The notes under the pieces: model-generated
Told to the model about the DNA's origin: nothing
What the model saw: the letters and a program-made list of their open reading frames with translations, nothing else
The model's database searches: none
In this document: piece after piece, positions 52,315 to 64,000 of the stretch
Layout: each line of letters starts with the position of its first letter
How positions within the stretch are numbered: position 1 is the stretch's first letter
Sequence record: PV660448
Length of the DNA stretch: 64,000 nucleotides
Reading direction: 5' to 3' (one strand)
Source: Escherichia phage LF82-4
Made by a program: the position numbers and the translations under genes

Positions 52315-52649
52315 AATAAGAAATCTAACGTATTAGTTTTTTCACCACGAGCAACTGATGGGCGAAGCATGTTTTCGTCAATTGCTTCGCTTGTAATTTT
52401 TTCAACAATTCCTGTAGGAATAAATTTAGCAAATTGTGTTTCTGGAATAGAATTTTCTTCCAAGAAAGCAGTTGTTGCTTCTAAATAAGACATACCAAAT
52501 TGTTCAACCATAGATTCGATAATGAATCCGTTTTCTTGACGGTCAAGCAATTTAGCGATATCATCTTTATCGTGTTTTACTGCTAATTCTTGTTCAGATA
52601 AACCGGCCTCATCAACCGGTTTAATATCACTTAGTGAAAACTGTGTCAT
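52311..52649 (-). CDS. 33: Late transcription co-activator gp33
   Basis: 112 aa (T4 gp33 length), order 59-33-dsbA-rnh. Confidence 0.88.
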   Translation of the reverse strand: MTQFSLSDIKPVDEAGLSEQELAVKHDKDDIAKLLDRQENGFIIESMVEQFGMSYLEATTAFLEENSIPETQFAKFIPTGIVEKITSEAIDENMLRPSVARGEKTNTLDFLL

Positions 52650-52896
52650 AAAGCTCGACTACCTCTTCGTTTTCAGCTTCAAATTGGTCACGAGCATCTT
52701 TATGATAAAGAGCTAACAAACGATTAAACATTTTTCCATCGACACCAAGCTCTTCTTTAGCACGAGTACGAATGTCTTTAATCAGTTCATTATAACCAGA
52801 AATTTTAAGTTTGTTATCGGAAGCTTCCTTGACTAGTTTAGCCAGTTCTTCACCATGCACATCTTGATTAAATTCAACTGCTTCTTTCTTAGCCAT
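52627..52896 (-). CDS. dsbA: dsDNA-binding protein DsbA (late transcription enhancer)
   Basis: 89 aa (T4 DsbA length). Confidence 0.85.
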   Translation of the reverse strand: MAKKEAVEFNQDVHGEELAKLVKEASDNKLKISGYNELIKDIRTRAKEELGVDGKMFNRLLALYHKDARDQFEAENEEVVELYDTVFTK

Positions 52897-52903
52897 GTTT
52901 ACC

Positions 52904-53821
52904 TCAGAATTCGTTAATTACACTTGTTAATTTAGAAAGACCCGATTTTACAAAGTATGAATAAATCTTGCCTTTAGGTTGTTGTTTATACGAGTTATAA
53001 TACTCTATAATGGTTGAAGCAATATTATCAGGGATATAATCAAAATCAATGAGAACCAAATTTTCTTGATACCGTTTATATTCTTCTGCACTTAATAATA
53101 CTTCAGCTTGAGAACGGTCATTGGCAATTGCTTCAATAATCGTTGTTTTCATGCTTGGAGTTCGTTCGCCTTCAACTCGAGTAAACCAGAAGTCACCACG
53201 AACTCGAACAGACGCAACACCATCTTTACGGTCGCCTTTAAGAATTTTAGTCATGCAATCAATTTCAGCAGAACCATTCTTAATTTTAACCCATTTTTTC
53301 TGCGGTGGCGACCACTGTTTAACGTTAGGGTACTTGTGTAATTGTGTAAAGTCACCATCTGATGCAACAATACACACCTTATGACCAGCTAATGACAAAT
53401 ATTTAGTTAATACACCGATATGGTCATCCGCTTCGTATTTGTCAATATCCATTACAACGTATGGCATATATTTCTTAATCTCATCAACAACTTGATGAAG
53501 TGCAGTAAAATATCCTTCCCAATCCCACTTTGAAGCTTCACGATCGGTTTTACGATTTTTCTTATAATAGTAAGCAAAGTCACGACGCCAATATCCAGAA
53601 GTAGCGTTATCCATGCACAATACAAATTTTGTATAACCTTGCTTACGGAACATCACTACGTTTTTACGAATTGAATTCAAGACTACATGGCGAACCATCG
53701 GAACAGTAATTTTATCACCGTCTTCAAAGTTGTTTAATGCAGCTGCCAATGCAATGTTACTAAAGTCGGCAAGTGCAATACCTTCTTTGTAATCTTCATT
53801 CAACATCATTTCTAAATCCAT
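52904..53821 (-). CDS. rnh: RNase H / 5'-3' flap exonuclease
   Basis: 305 aa (T4 RNase H length); FEN-family acidic clusters. Confidence 0.94.
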   Translation of the reverse strand: MDLEMMLNEDYKEGIALADFSNIALAAALNNFEDGDKITVPMVRHVVLNSIRKNVVMFRKQGYTKFVLCMDNATSGYWRRDFAYYYKKNRKTDREASKWDWEGYFTALHQVVDEIKKYMPYVVMDIDKYEADDHIGVLTKYLSLAGHKVCIVASDGDFTQLHKYPNVKQWSPPQKKWVKIKNGSAEIDCMTKILKGDRKDGVASVRVRGDFWFTRVEGERTPSMKTTIIEAIANDRSQAEVLLSAEEYKRYQENLVLIDFDYIPDNIASTIIEYYNSYKQQPKGKIYSYFVKSGLSKLTSVINEF

Positions 53822-53849
53822 ATGAACCTCTTGTTCAGTTAGTCAACTT

Positions 53850-53886
53850 GGACTATAGTAACATACTAGTTCGAAAGCGTAAATAG
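53850..53886 (-). promoter_or_regulatory. Early-promoter-like element upstream of rnh
   Basis: ATTTAC -35-like and TGTTACTATAG -10-like on minus strand in the rnh/gene 34 divergent gap. Confidence 0.4.
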
Positions 53887-53899
53887 TCTTTTACTCATT

Positions 53900-53907
53900 T
53901 ATAAATA
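53900..53907 (+). promoter_or_regulatory. Late promoter TATAAATA (gene 34)
   Basis: Exact TATAAATA ~35 nt upstream of gene 34. Confidence 0.75.
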
Positions 53908-53941
53908 GTAAAATAGAACACATAATGATAAGAGGACTACC

Positions 53942-56900
53942 ATGGTTGACATCAAACGTAAGTTCAGGGCCGAAGATGGTCTTGACGCAGGCGGTGATAA
54001 GATAGTTAACGTTGCGCTTGCTGACCGCACAGTTGGCACCGATGGCGTGAACGTTGACTTTTTGGTGCAAGAAAACACCGTACAGAATTATGACGATACG
54101 CGCGCGTATACAAAAGATTTTATTGTTCTTTATGATAATCGTTTTTATCAAGCTTTAAGCGATATTCCAGCTCCGGCAGGCCCTTTCTCTTTGGCTAAAT
54201 GGAAGGCAACTCGTACAGATGCAGATTGGATTACAGTTCAAGGCGGAGATTTCCAATTATCAGTAGGTAACTCTATTGCGGTTGATACTTCAGCTGGCAC
54301 TGATATTAATTTCACTTTGCCTCAAAATCCTTTAGATGGCGATACAGTTATTTTGTCTGATATTGGTGGTAGAGTAGGCTATGTAAAAGTTCAAATTACT
54401 GCAGAGGCTCAAAGTATTGTAAACTTTAGAGGACAACAGGTTCGTTCAGTTTTAATGACGCACCCAAAATCTAAAATGGTCTTCATTTTTAGCAACCGCC
54501 TATGGCAAATGTATGTTTCTGATTACGAACGTAATGCAGTCACAGTAACTCCTGCTAAGCCATATCAGGCGCAACCTAACGATTTTATCATTCGACGTTT
54601 TACATCAGCCGCTCCTATTAATATTACATTGCCTCGCAATGCTAATAATGGCGATATTATTAATTTAGTTGATTTAGACAAATTAAACCCGTTATATCAC
54701 ACAATTGTCAAAACTTACGATGATACAACTTCTATACGAGAAGCCGGTGTTCATGTAGCAGAAGGACGTAATACTGCGGAAGCATTCTTTGTTTATGATT
54801 CTGCTAATAGCTTATGGCGTGTTTGGGAAGGTGACCAGAAATCTCGTTTACGTATAGTTCGTAATGATACTGATTTACGCCCTAATGAAGAAGTTCTTGT
54901 TTTTGGAACTAATAATGATACAATCTCGACGGTAAATCTTACTTTGCCTACAGATATTTTGTCTGGTGATACTGTTAAAATATCGTTGAATTATATGCGT
55001 AAAGGGCAAACTGTAAAAATTAAAGCTGCTGAAGGCGATACAATTGCTAGCAGTATTTCTTTATTACAGTTCCCAAAACGTTCAGAGTATCCACCTGATG
55101 CACAATGGGTTTCTGTTAGTGAGCTGGAATTTAATGGCGATACTTCGTATGTACCTGTACTTGAGTTAGCTTATATAGAAGATTATTCATCTGAAACAAA
55201 ATATTGGGTAGTTCAACAAAACACTGTAACCGTCGAACGAGTCGATGCATCGAGCAATACAACTCGAGCTCGTTTAGGTGTTATTGCTCTTGCTTCTCAA
55301 GCGCAAGCAAATGTCGATTTAGAAAATGCTCCTGGTAAAGAACTTGCTATTACTCCGGAAACATTAGCAAATCGTACAGCAACTGAAACTCGTCGTGGTA
55401 TTGCTCGTATTGCAACAACTGCACAAGTTAACCAGAATACCGATTTTGCATTCCAAGACGACTTGATTATTTCTCCTAAGAAATTGAACGAACGTACAGC
55501 AACTGAAACCCGTAGAGGTGTTGCTGAAGTTGCAACTCAGGATGAAACTAATGCTGGCATAGATGATACCACTATTATTACTCCTAAGAAATTGGATGCC
55601 CGTCAAGGTTCTGAAGTTTTATCTGGTATTGTAAAATACACATCTACGACTGGTACTACAGCGGCTACTGTTCGTGGTAATGCTGGGACTAACGTTTATA
55701 ACAAAGCCGTAGATAATTTAACTATTTCTCCAAAGGCTCTTGACCAGTATAAAGCTACACATACTCAACAGGGCGCAGTAATTCTTGCTATTGAAAGTGA
55801 AGTTATCGCTGGTGAATCACAAGCCGGTTGGGCTAATGCTGTAGTGACTCCTGAAACTCTGCATAAGAAAACTTCTACTGATGGACGTATTGGTTTAATT
55901 GAAATTGCTACGCAAGCAGAAACTAACACTGGGACTGATTATACTAGAGCAGTAACGCCTAAGACGTTAAATGATAGGAAAGCTACGGAAGGATTATCCG
56001 GCATAGCCGAACTTGCTACGCAAGTTGAATTTGATACTGGAACTGATGATACTCGTATCTCGACTCCACTGAAAATTAAAACTCATTTTGATTCTTCTGG
56101 CCGTACCAGTGTTAATTCTGATTCCGGACTTATTGAAGAAGGAACCTTGTGGAACCATTATACTCTTGATATTTCTAAAGCAAATGAAACACAACGTGGT
56201 ACACTTCGCGTAGCGACTCAGGCAGAATCTAATGCCGGAACTTTAGATGATGTTCTTATTACTCCTAAAAAACTTTTAGGGACTAAGTCCACTGAAACGT
56301 CTGAAGGCGTGATTAAGGTTGCTACTCAGGCTGAAACTGTAACAGGAACTTCTGCTAATACTGCTGTATCGCCTAAGAATTTAAAATGGATTGTCCAGGA
56401 TGAACCAACATGGGCTGCTACTACGGCAATTCGTGGATTCGTTAAAACTTCATCCGGTTCTATTACATTCGTTGGTGACGATACTCAAGGTAGTACCCAG
56501 GATCTGAATCTTTACGAGAAAAATAGTTATGCTATTTCTCCATATGAATTAAACCGTGTACTTGCTAACTATTTGCCATTGAAAGCTAAAGCTGTAGATA
56601 GTAATCTGTTAGATGGTCTAGATTCTCTTCAGTTCATCCGTAGAGACATCGACCAGACGGTTAATGGTTCTTTAAGTCTTACTAAACAGACCAACCTGAG
56701 TGCTCCTTTAGTATCTACAAGCACTGCTTCTTTTGGATCTGAAGCATCTGTTACTCGTAGATTAACTCTTAATGACTCTAGCGGTTCCGAAATAGTTTTC
56801 ACTAAAGGAACTCAATCTCTTAGTAATAAAGAGAATTTCGTTGTTAGAGCATGGGGTAATAGCGCTACAGATGGTGCCCGTGATACAGTATTTGAAGCGG

Positions 56901-57775
56901 GTGACGAAACTGGATACCATTTCTATTCTCAGCGCGCTTCTGATAATAAAGTATCATTTAATATTAATGGAACACTTTATTCAACAGGCATTGTTTCTAC
57001 AAATGGATTAAACGTTACAGGTGTTTCTACCTTTACCGGGCCTATTAGTGCTACAGGCGAAATTGTTTCTAGTTCTCCTATTGCATTCAGAGCTATTAAC
57101 GGTAACTATGGTGTTATGCTTTATAATGCTGGTAACAGTTCTTATATTGCATTAACTAACTCAGGTGACCAGACTGGGACGTTTAATAACTTACGCCCGA
57201 TCACGATTAACAATGCCACAGGACTGGTTCGTCTTGACAACGGTGTTCAAATCACAAGTGGTGCAACAATAACTACCGGTGGGTTAACTGTAAATAACAG
57301 AATTATTTCTAACGGCGTTAAAACTGCCACTGTTTATACCGATAAACCAACAGCTTCTACTGTAGGTTTTTGGTCTATTGACATTAACGATTCTGCTGTA
57401 TATAGCCAATTCCCTGGATACTGGACGCGTGATAACAAAGGTAACCGTGACCAAGAAATTAAATATCCTGGTACTTTGACTCAATTTGGTAATAGCTTAG
57501 ATTCGCTTTATCAGGATTGGATTTGTTATCCTACAGGTGCAAATGGTGGTAGTATTCGTTATACTCGTACCTGGCAGAAAAATAAAGATGCTTGGACTTC
57601 ATTTGCAATGGTATTTGATAGTGGCAACCCACCTTCACCTAGCGATGTCGGTGCTATCCCGTCTGATAATGCTGTTATTGGAAACCTTACTATTCGAGAC
57701 TTCTTACAATTAGGAAATGTGAGAATTGTTCCAGACCCGGTTAACAAAACAGTTAAATTTATATGGGTTGAATAA
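53942..57775 (+). CDS. 34: Long tail fiber proximal subunit gp34
   Basis: 1277 aa; internal tandem ~40-aa repeats; late promoter at 53900-53907. Confidence 0.95.
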   Translation: MVDIKRKFRAEDGLDAGGDKIVNVALADRTVGTDGVNVDFLVQENTVQNYDDTRAYTKDFIVLYDNRFYQALSDIPAPAGPFSLAKWKATRTDADWITVQGGDFQLSVGNSIAVDTSAGTDINFTLPQNPLDGDTVILSDIGGRVGYVKVQITAEAQSIVNFRGQQVRSVLMTHPKSKMVFIFSNRLWQMYVSDYERNAVTVTPAKPYQAQPNDFIIRRFTSAAPINITLPRNANNGDIINLVDLDKLNPLYHTIVKTYDDTTSIREAGVHVAEGRNTAEAFFVYDSANSLWRVWEGDQKSRLRIVRNDTDLRPNEEVLVFGTNNDTISTVNLTLPTDILSGDTVKISLNYMRKGQTVKIKAAEGDTIASSISLLQFPKRSEYPPDAQWVSVSELEFNGDTSYVPVLELAYIEDYSSETKYWVVQQNTVTVERVDASSNTTRARLGVIALASQAQANVDLENAPGKELAITPETLANRTATETRRGIARIATTAQVNQNTDFAFQDDLIISPKKLNERTATETRRGVAEVATQDETNAGIDDTTIITPKKLDARQGSEVLSGIVKYTSTTGTTAATVRGNAGTNVYNKAVDNLTISPKALDQYKATHTQQGAVILAIESEVIAGESQAGWANAVVTPETLHKKTSTDGRIGLIEIATQAETNTGTDYTRAVTPKTLNDRKATEGLSGIAELATQVEFDTGTDDTRISTPLKIKTHFDSSGRTSVNSDSGLIEEGTLWNHYTLDISKANETQRGTLRVATQAESNAGTLDDVLITPKKLLGTKSTETSEGVIKVATQAETVTGTSANTAVSPKNLKWIVQDEPTWAATTAIRGFVKTSSGSITFVGDDTQGSTQDLNLYEKNSYAISPYELNRVLANYLPLKAKAVDSNLLDGLDSLQFIRRDIDQTVNGSLSLTKQTNLSAPLVSTSTASFGSEASVTRRLTLNDSSGSEIVFTKGTQSLSNKENFVVRAWGNSATDGARDTVFEAGDETGYHFYSQRASDNKVSFNINGTLYSTGIVSTNGLNVTGVSTFTGPISATGEIVSSSPIAFRAINGNYGVMLYNAGNSSYIALTNSGDQTGTFNNLRPITINNATGLVRLDNGVQITSGATITTGGLTVNNRIISNGVKTATVYTDKPTASTVGFWSIDINDSAVYSQFPGYWTRDNKGNRDQEIKYPGTLTQFGNSLDSLYQDWICYPTGANGGSIRYTRTWQKNKDAWTSFAMVFDSGNPPSPSDVGAIPSDNAVIGNLTIRDFLQLGNVRIVPDPVNKTVKFIWVE
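55321..56400 (+). repeat. Tandem degenerate ~120-nt coding repeats within gene 34
   Basis: About 8 reiterations of a ~40-aa module (TATETRRGIARIATTAQVNQNTD / TATETRRGVAEVATQDETNAGID / GLIEIATQAETNTGTD / GIAELATQVEFDTGTD / GTLRVATQAESNAGT / GVIKVATQAETVTGT). Confidence 0.7.
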
Positions 57776-57783
57776 GAGGTTAT

Positions 57784-58908
57784 ATGGAAAAATTTATGGC
57801 AAGGTTTGGACAAGGATACGTCCAAACGCCGTTTTTATCGGAAAGCAATTCAGTTAGATTTAAGCTAAGTATAGCGGGTTCATGCCCGCTTTCAACAACT
57901 AATCCGTATATTTTGTTCCAAAATGAGCCTTTAGGGTTGCAGTCTTTTGGTATTGGACTAAATGTTAGGGTGATAAATCCGGAAAATGGAACTATAGTTG
58001 ATAGTAAATTATATAATTTTGCGCCTACAAATAATGCAACTTCAGCTGCATTTATTTCGTTTGTTAATACATACGCAGATAATTTCATTTTCGCATTTAT
58101 TTCTAATAACAAATTTAATTTGCCGCCGGAAATAATTGAATGGTTTAAAGCTGCTGGGAGTTCAGTTATACCGTCAATTGAAATTGCTAGTCTTGTTGAT
58201 ATTTCATATTCAGCGTTTTATGTTTCAGGTAAAAATACTATTGCATTAGAACACATAAAATACAGTAATAAAAAAACAATTTCTGATTACGCAACCCCAT
58301 TAGATATTGTATATGACTCTATTGCTGATATAGGTGCTACCGGTTATCCTAGACGTACATATGAAGCTCTAGAAACGTTTTTATCTCCTGTTGGAGGAAC
58401 TAACAATGAAATAAAAAGGATGCCTACGTCATCCCTTGTTACTCCTATCGCAAACTACGGATTAAAGCCTACAGATTTTCTTTATTTGAAATTTCAATTA
58501 ATGGCTGATGAAGAATTATTAGAGGAAGGAACCACAAGACTTTCAATTCGTTTCTTTAAGTCTTCATCTAGCTCTCCTATATCATCTAAAGATATAAACT
58601 TTGATGGAACTGCCGGGGAGTGGAAGTTATACGAAGAATACGTTGAAATACCAGCTGAAGCCGATGGCTTTACAGTATATTGTTACCGTACGGCCCCAGT
58701 CGGTCAAGGTGGACTAAGAAATGTTATTTTCACTGAAGTATCATGTAACGGAAGTATAGCAAAACCCGCCGAGTTTGGTATAAACGGTATTCGTGTTAAT
58801 TACATTGATGAATCATTAACCGGTAATGATATAATGGACTTGCCTACCCAGTTATCTAACGACACAGGTAAGGTATTTGGGCAGGAATTTAAAGAGTACA
58901 CAGAATAA
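57784..58908 (+). CDS. 35: Long tail fiber hinge (knee) protein gp35
   Basis: 374 aa between 34 and 36. Confidence 0.9.
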   Translation: MEKFMARFGQGYVQTPFLSESNSVRFKLSIAGSCPLSTTNPYILFQNEPLGLQSFGIGLNVRVINPENGTIVDSKLYNFAPTNNATSAAFISFVNTYADNFIFAFISNNKFNLPPEIIEWFKAAGSSVIPSIEIASLVDISYSAFYVSGKNTIALEHIKYSNKKTISDYATPLDIVYDSIADIGATGYPRRTYEALETFLSPVGGTNNEIKRMPTSSLVTPIANYGLKPTDFLYLKFQLMADEELLEEGTTRLSIRFFKSSSSSPISSKDINFDGTAGEWKLYEEYVEIPAEADGFTVYCYRTAPVGQGGLRNVIFTEVSCNGSIAKPAEFGINGIRVNYIDESLTGNDIMDLPTQLSNDTGKVFGQEFKEYTE

Positions 58909-58926
58909 AGGAGACTTCGGTCTCCT
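58909..58926 (+). terminator. Terminator after gene 35
   Basis: AGGAGAC-TTCG-GTCTCCT followed by TTTCG, 1 nt after gene 35 stop. Confidence 0.65.
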
Positions 58927-58933
58927 TTTCGCG

Positions 58934-58941
58934 TATAAATA
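58934..58941 (+). promoter_or_regulatory. Late promoter TATAAATA (gene 36)
   Basis: Exact TATAAATA ~27 nt upstream of gene 36. Confidence 0.75.
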
Positions 58942-58967
58942 CTTTAATATTAATAAGGAGACACGAA

Positions 58968-59624
58968 ATGGCCGATTTAAAAGCCGGAAGTACAGTTGGT
59001 GGTTCCGTCATATGGCATCAAGGCAATTTTCCTTTAATGCCAGCTGGCGATGACATCCTATATAAAACATTTAAATTATACACCGAATATAACAAGCCAA
59101 AAGCGGCTGATAACGATTTCGTATCTAAAGCAAACGGCGGGACATATCTCAAAAAGGTAATCTTTAACGAAGGTGTTGCAGTCAAAACAGCTGATGACCA
59201 AACGAATGGTATTTTTTCTGGTGGTGGTGACGCCGCGACATTTGACCAAACAAACATGGATATTGTTTCGTGGTATGGTATTGGGTTTAAATCATCTCAA
59301 GGTACAGGTGAAAGAACTGTTGTAATTGATACTCGCACCGGTAATATAAGTTCTAAAGGCGTTATTGAAGCATCTCAATTCAGAGCCACAACGTTAGCAC
59401 CTTTAAATAATTATGACCTTACTCGCAAAGATTATGTTGATAGTCAAATAAATACAGTTAATGCTAATGCAAACAGTCGTGTACTCCGTTCAGGAGATAC
59501 GATGACCGGTGCGCTAACCGCCCCAAACTTTTTCTCACAGAATCCTGCATCTCAACCATCGCATGTTCCACGATTTGACCAAATTGTTATTAAGGATTCT
59601 GTTCAAGATTTCGGCTATTATTAA
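58968..59624 (+). CDS. 36: Long tail fiber distal connector gp36
   Basis: 218 aa; late promoter at 58934-58941; SD AAGGAG. Confidence 0.9.
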   Translation: MADLKAGSTVGGSVIWHQGNFPLMPAGDDILYKTFKLYTEYNKPKAADNDFVSKANGGTYLKKVIFNEGVAVKTADDQTNGIFSGGGDAATFDQTNMDIVSWYGIGFKSSQGTGERTVVIDTRTGNISSKGVIEASQFRATTLAPLNNYDLTRKDYVDSQINTVNANANSRVLRSGDTMTGALTAPNFFSQNPASQPSHVPRFDQIVIKDSVQDFGYY

Positions 59625-59632
59625 GAGGACTT

Positions 59633-63749
<4,117 letters not shown>

Positions 63750-63779
63750 TTTGAATAAATATCCTTAAAAGGAGGGTCT

Positions 63780-64000
63780 ATGGCAGCACCAAAAGTATCA
63801 TTTTCGCCTAGTGATATTTTATTTGGGTTGCTAGACCGCATTTTCAAAGATAACGCCTCTGGAAATATTCTTATTTCCAGAGTTGCTGTTGTAGTTCTTT
63901 TGTTCCTAATGGCACTAATATGGTACAAAGGGAATATTTTTATGGATTATTACGTGAGGTCGAAATATGATACTTACACAGAAGTAATTCAAAAAGAAAG
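63780..64000 (+). CDS. t: Holin T, N-terminal part (continues beyond window)
   Basis: Hand-translated MAAPKVSFSPSDILFGLLDRIFKDNASGNILISRVAVVVLLFLMALIWYKG...; SD AAGGAGGG; single TM segment. Confidence 0.88.
   Translation, partial: MAAPKVSFSPSDILFGLLDRIFKDNASGNILISRVAVVVLLFLMALIWYKGNIFMDYYVRSKYDTYTEVIQKE

Noticed and set aside
55321-56400. Possible CRISPR-like array suggested by periodic repeats
   Set aside because: The repeats are in-frame coding repeats of gene 34 with degenerate units and no unique spacers; no direct-repeat/spacer array exists anywhere in the window.

Overview
This 64-kb window is a contiguous segment of a T-even (T4-like, Tequatrovirus-type) enterobacterial myovirus genome. 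Gene order and protein sequences follow phage T4 closely, but several features are T2/T6-like: gp37 ends in a self-cleaving chaperone-like domain and is followed by a Gly-rich gp38 adhesin, there is no segE between inh and uvsW, and nrdB has no intron. Left to right: DNA packaging and head genes (16, 17, 18, 19, 20, 67, 68, 21, 22, 23, a segD-like homing endonuclease, 24), rnlB, hoc, inh, uvsW, uvsY, baseplate genes 25-26 (minus) and 51-27-28-29-48-54 (plus), then a long leftward-transcribed early/middle block (alt, DNA ligase 30, 30.x accessory ORFs including HAD-like and NADAR-like proteins, rIII, 31, cd, an AroF/AroG-like DAHP synthase, pseT, a spanin pair, alc, rnlA, denA, nrdB, nrdA, td split by a group I intron encoding I-TevI, frd, small ORFs, 32, 59, 33, dsbA, rnh), then rightward long-tail-fiber genes 34-35-36-37-38 and the start of holin t. 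Visible regulatory signals are exact TATAAATA late promoters, T4 early-promoter-like GTTTAC/-10 cassettes (several with the -10 inside a stem-loop), recurrent GGGAGAC-UUCG-GUCUCCC hairpin terminators, and the gene 32 translational operator. The most notable cargo not expected from T4 is a complete class I DAHP synthase gene translationally coupled to cd. No rRNA, tRNA, CRISPR array, integrase or transposase was seen. All calls come from reading the supplied translations and the DNA by eye; no database search or structure prediction was run, and T4 comparisons are from memory.
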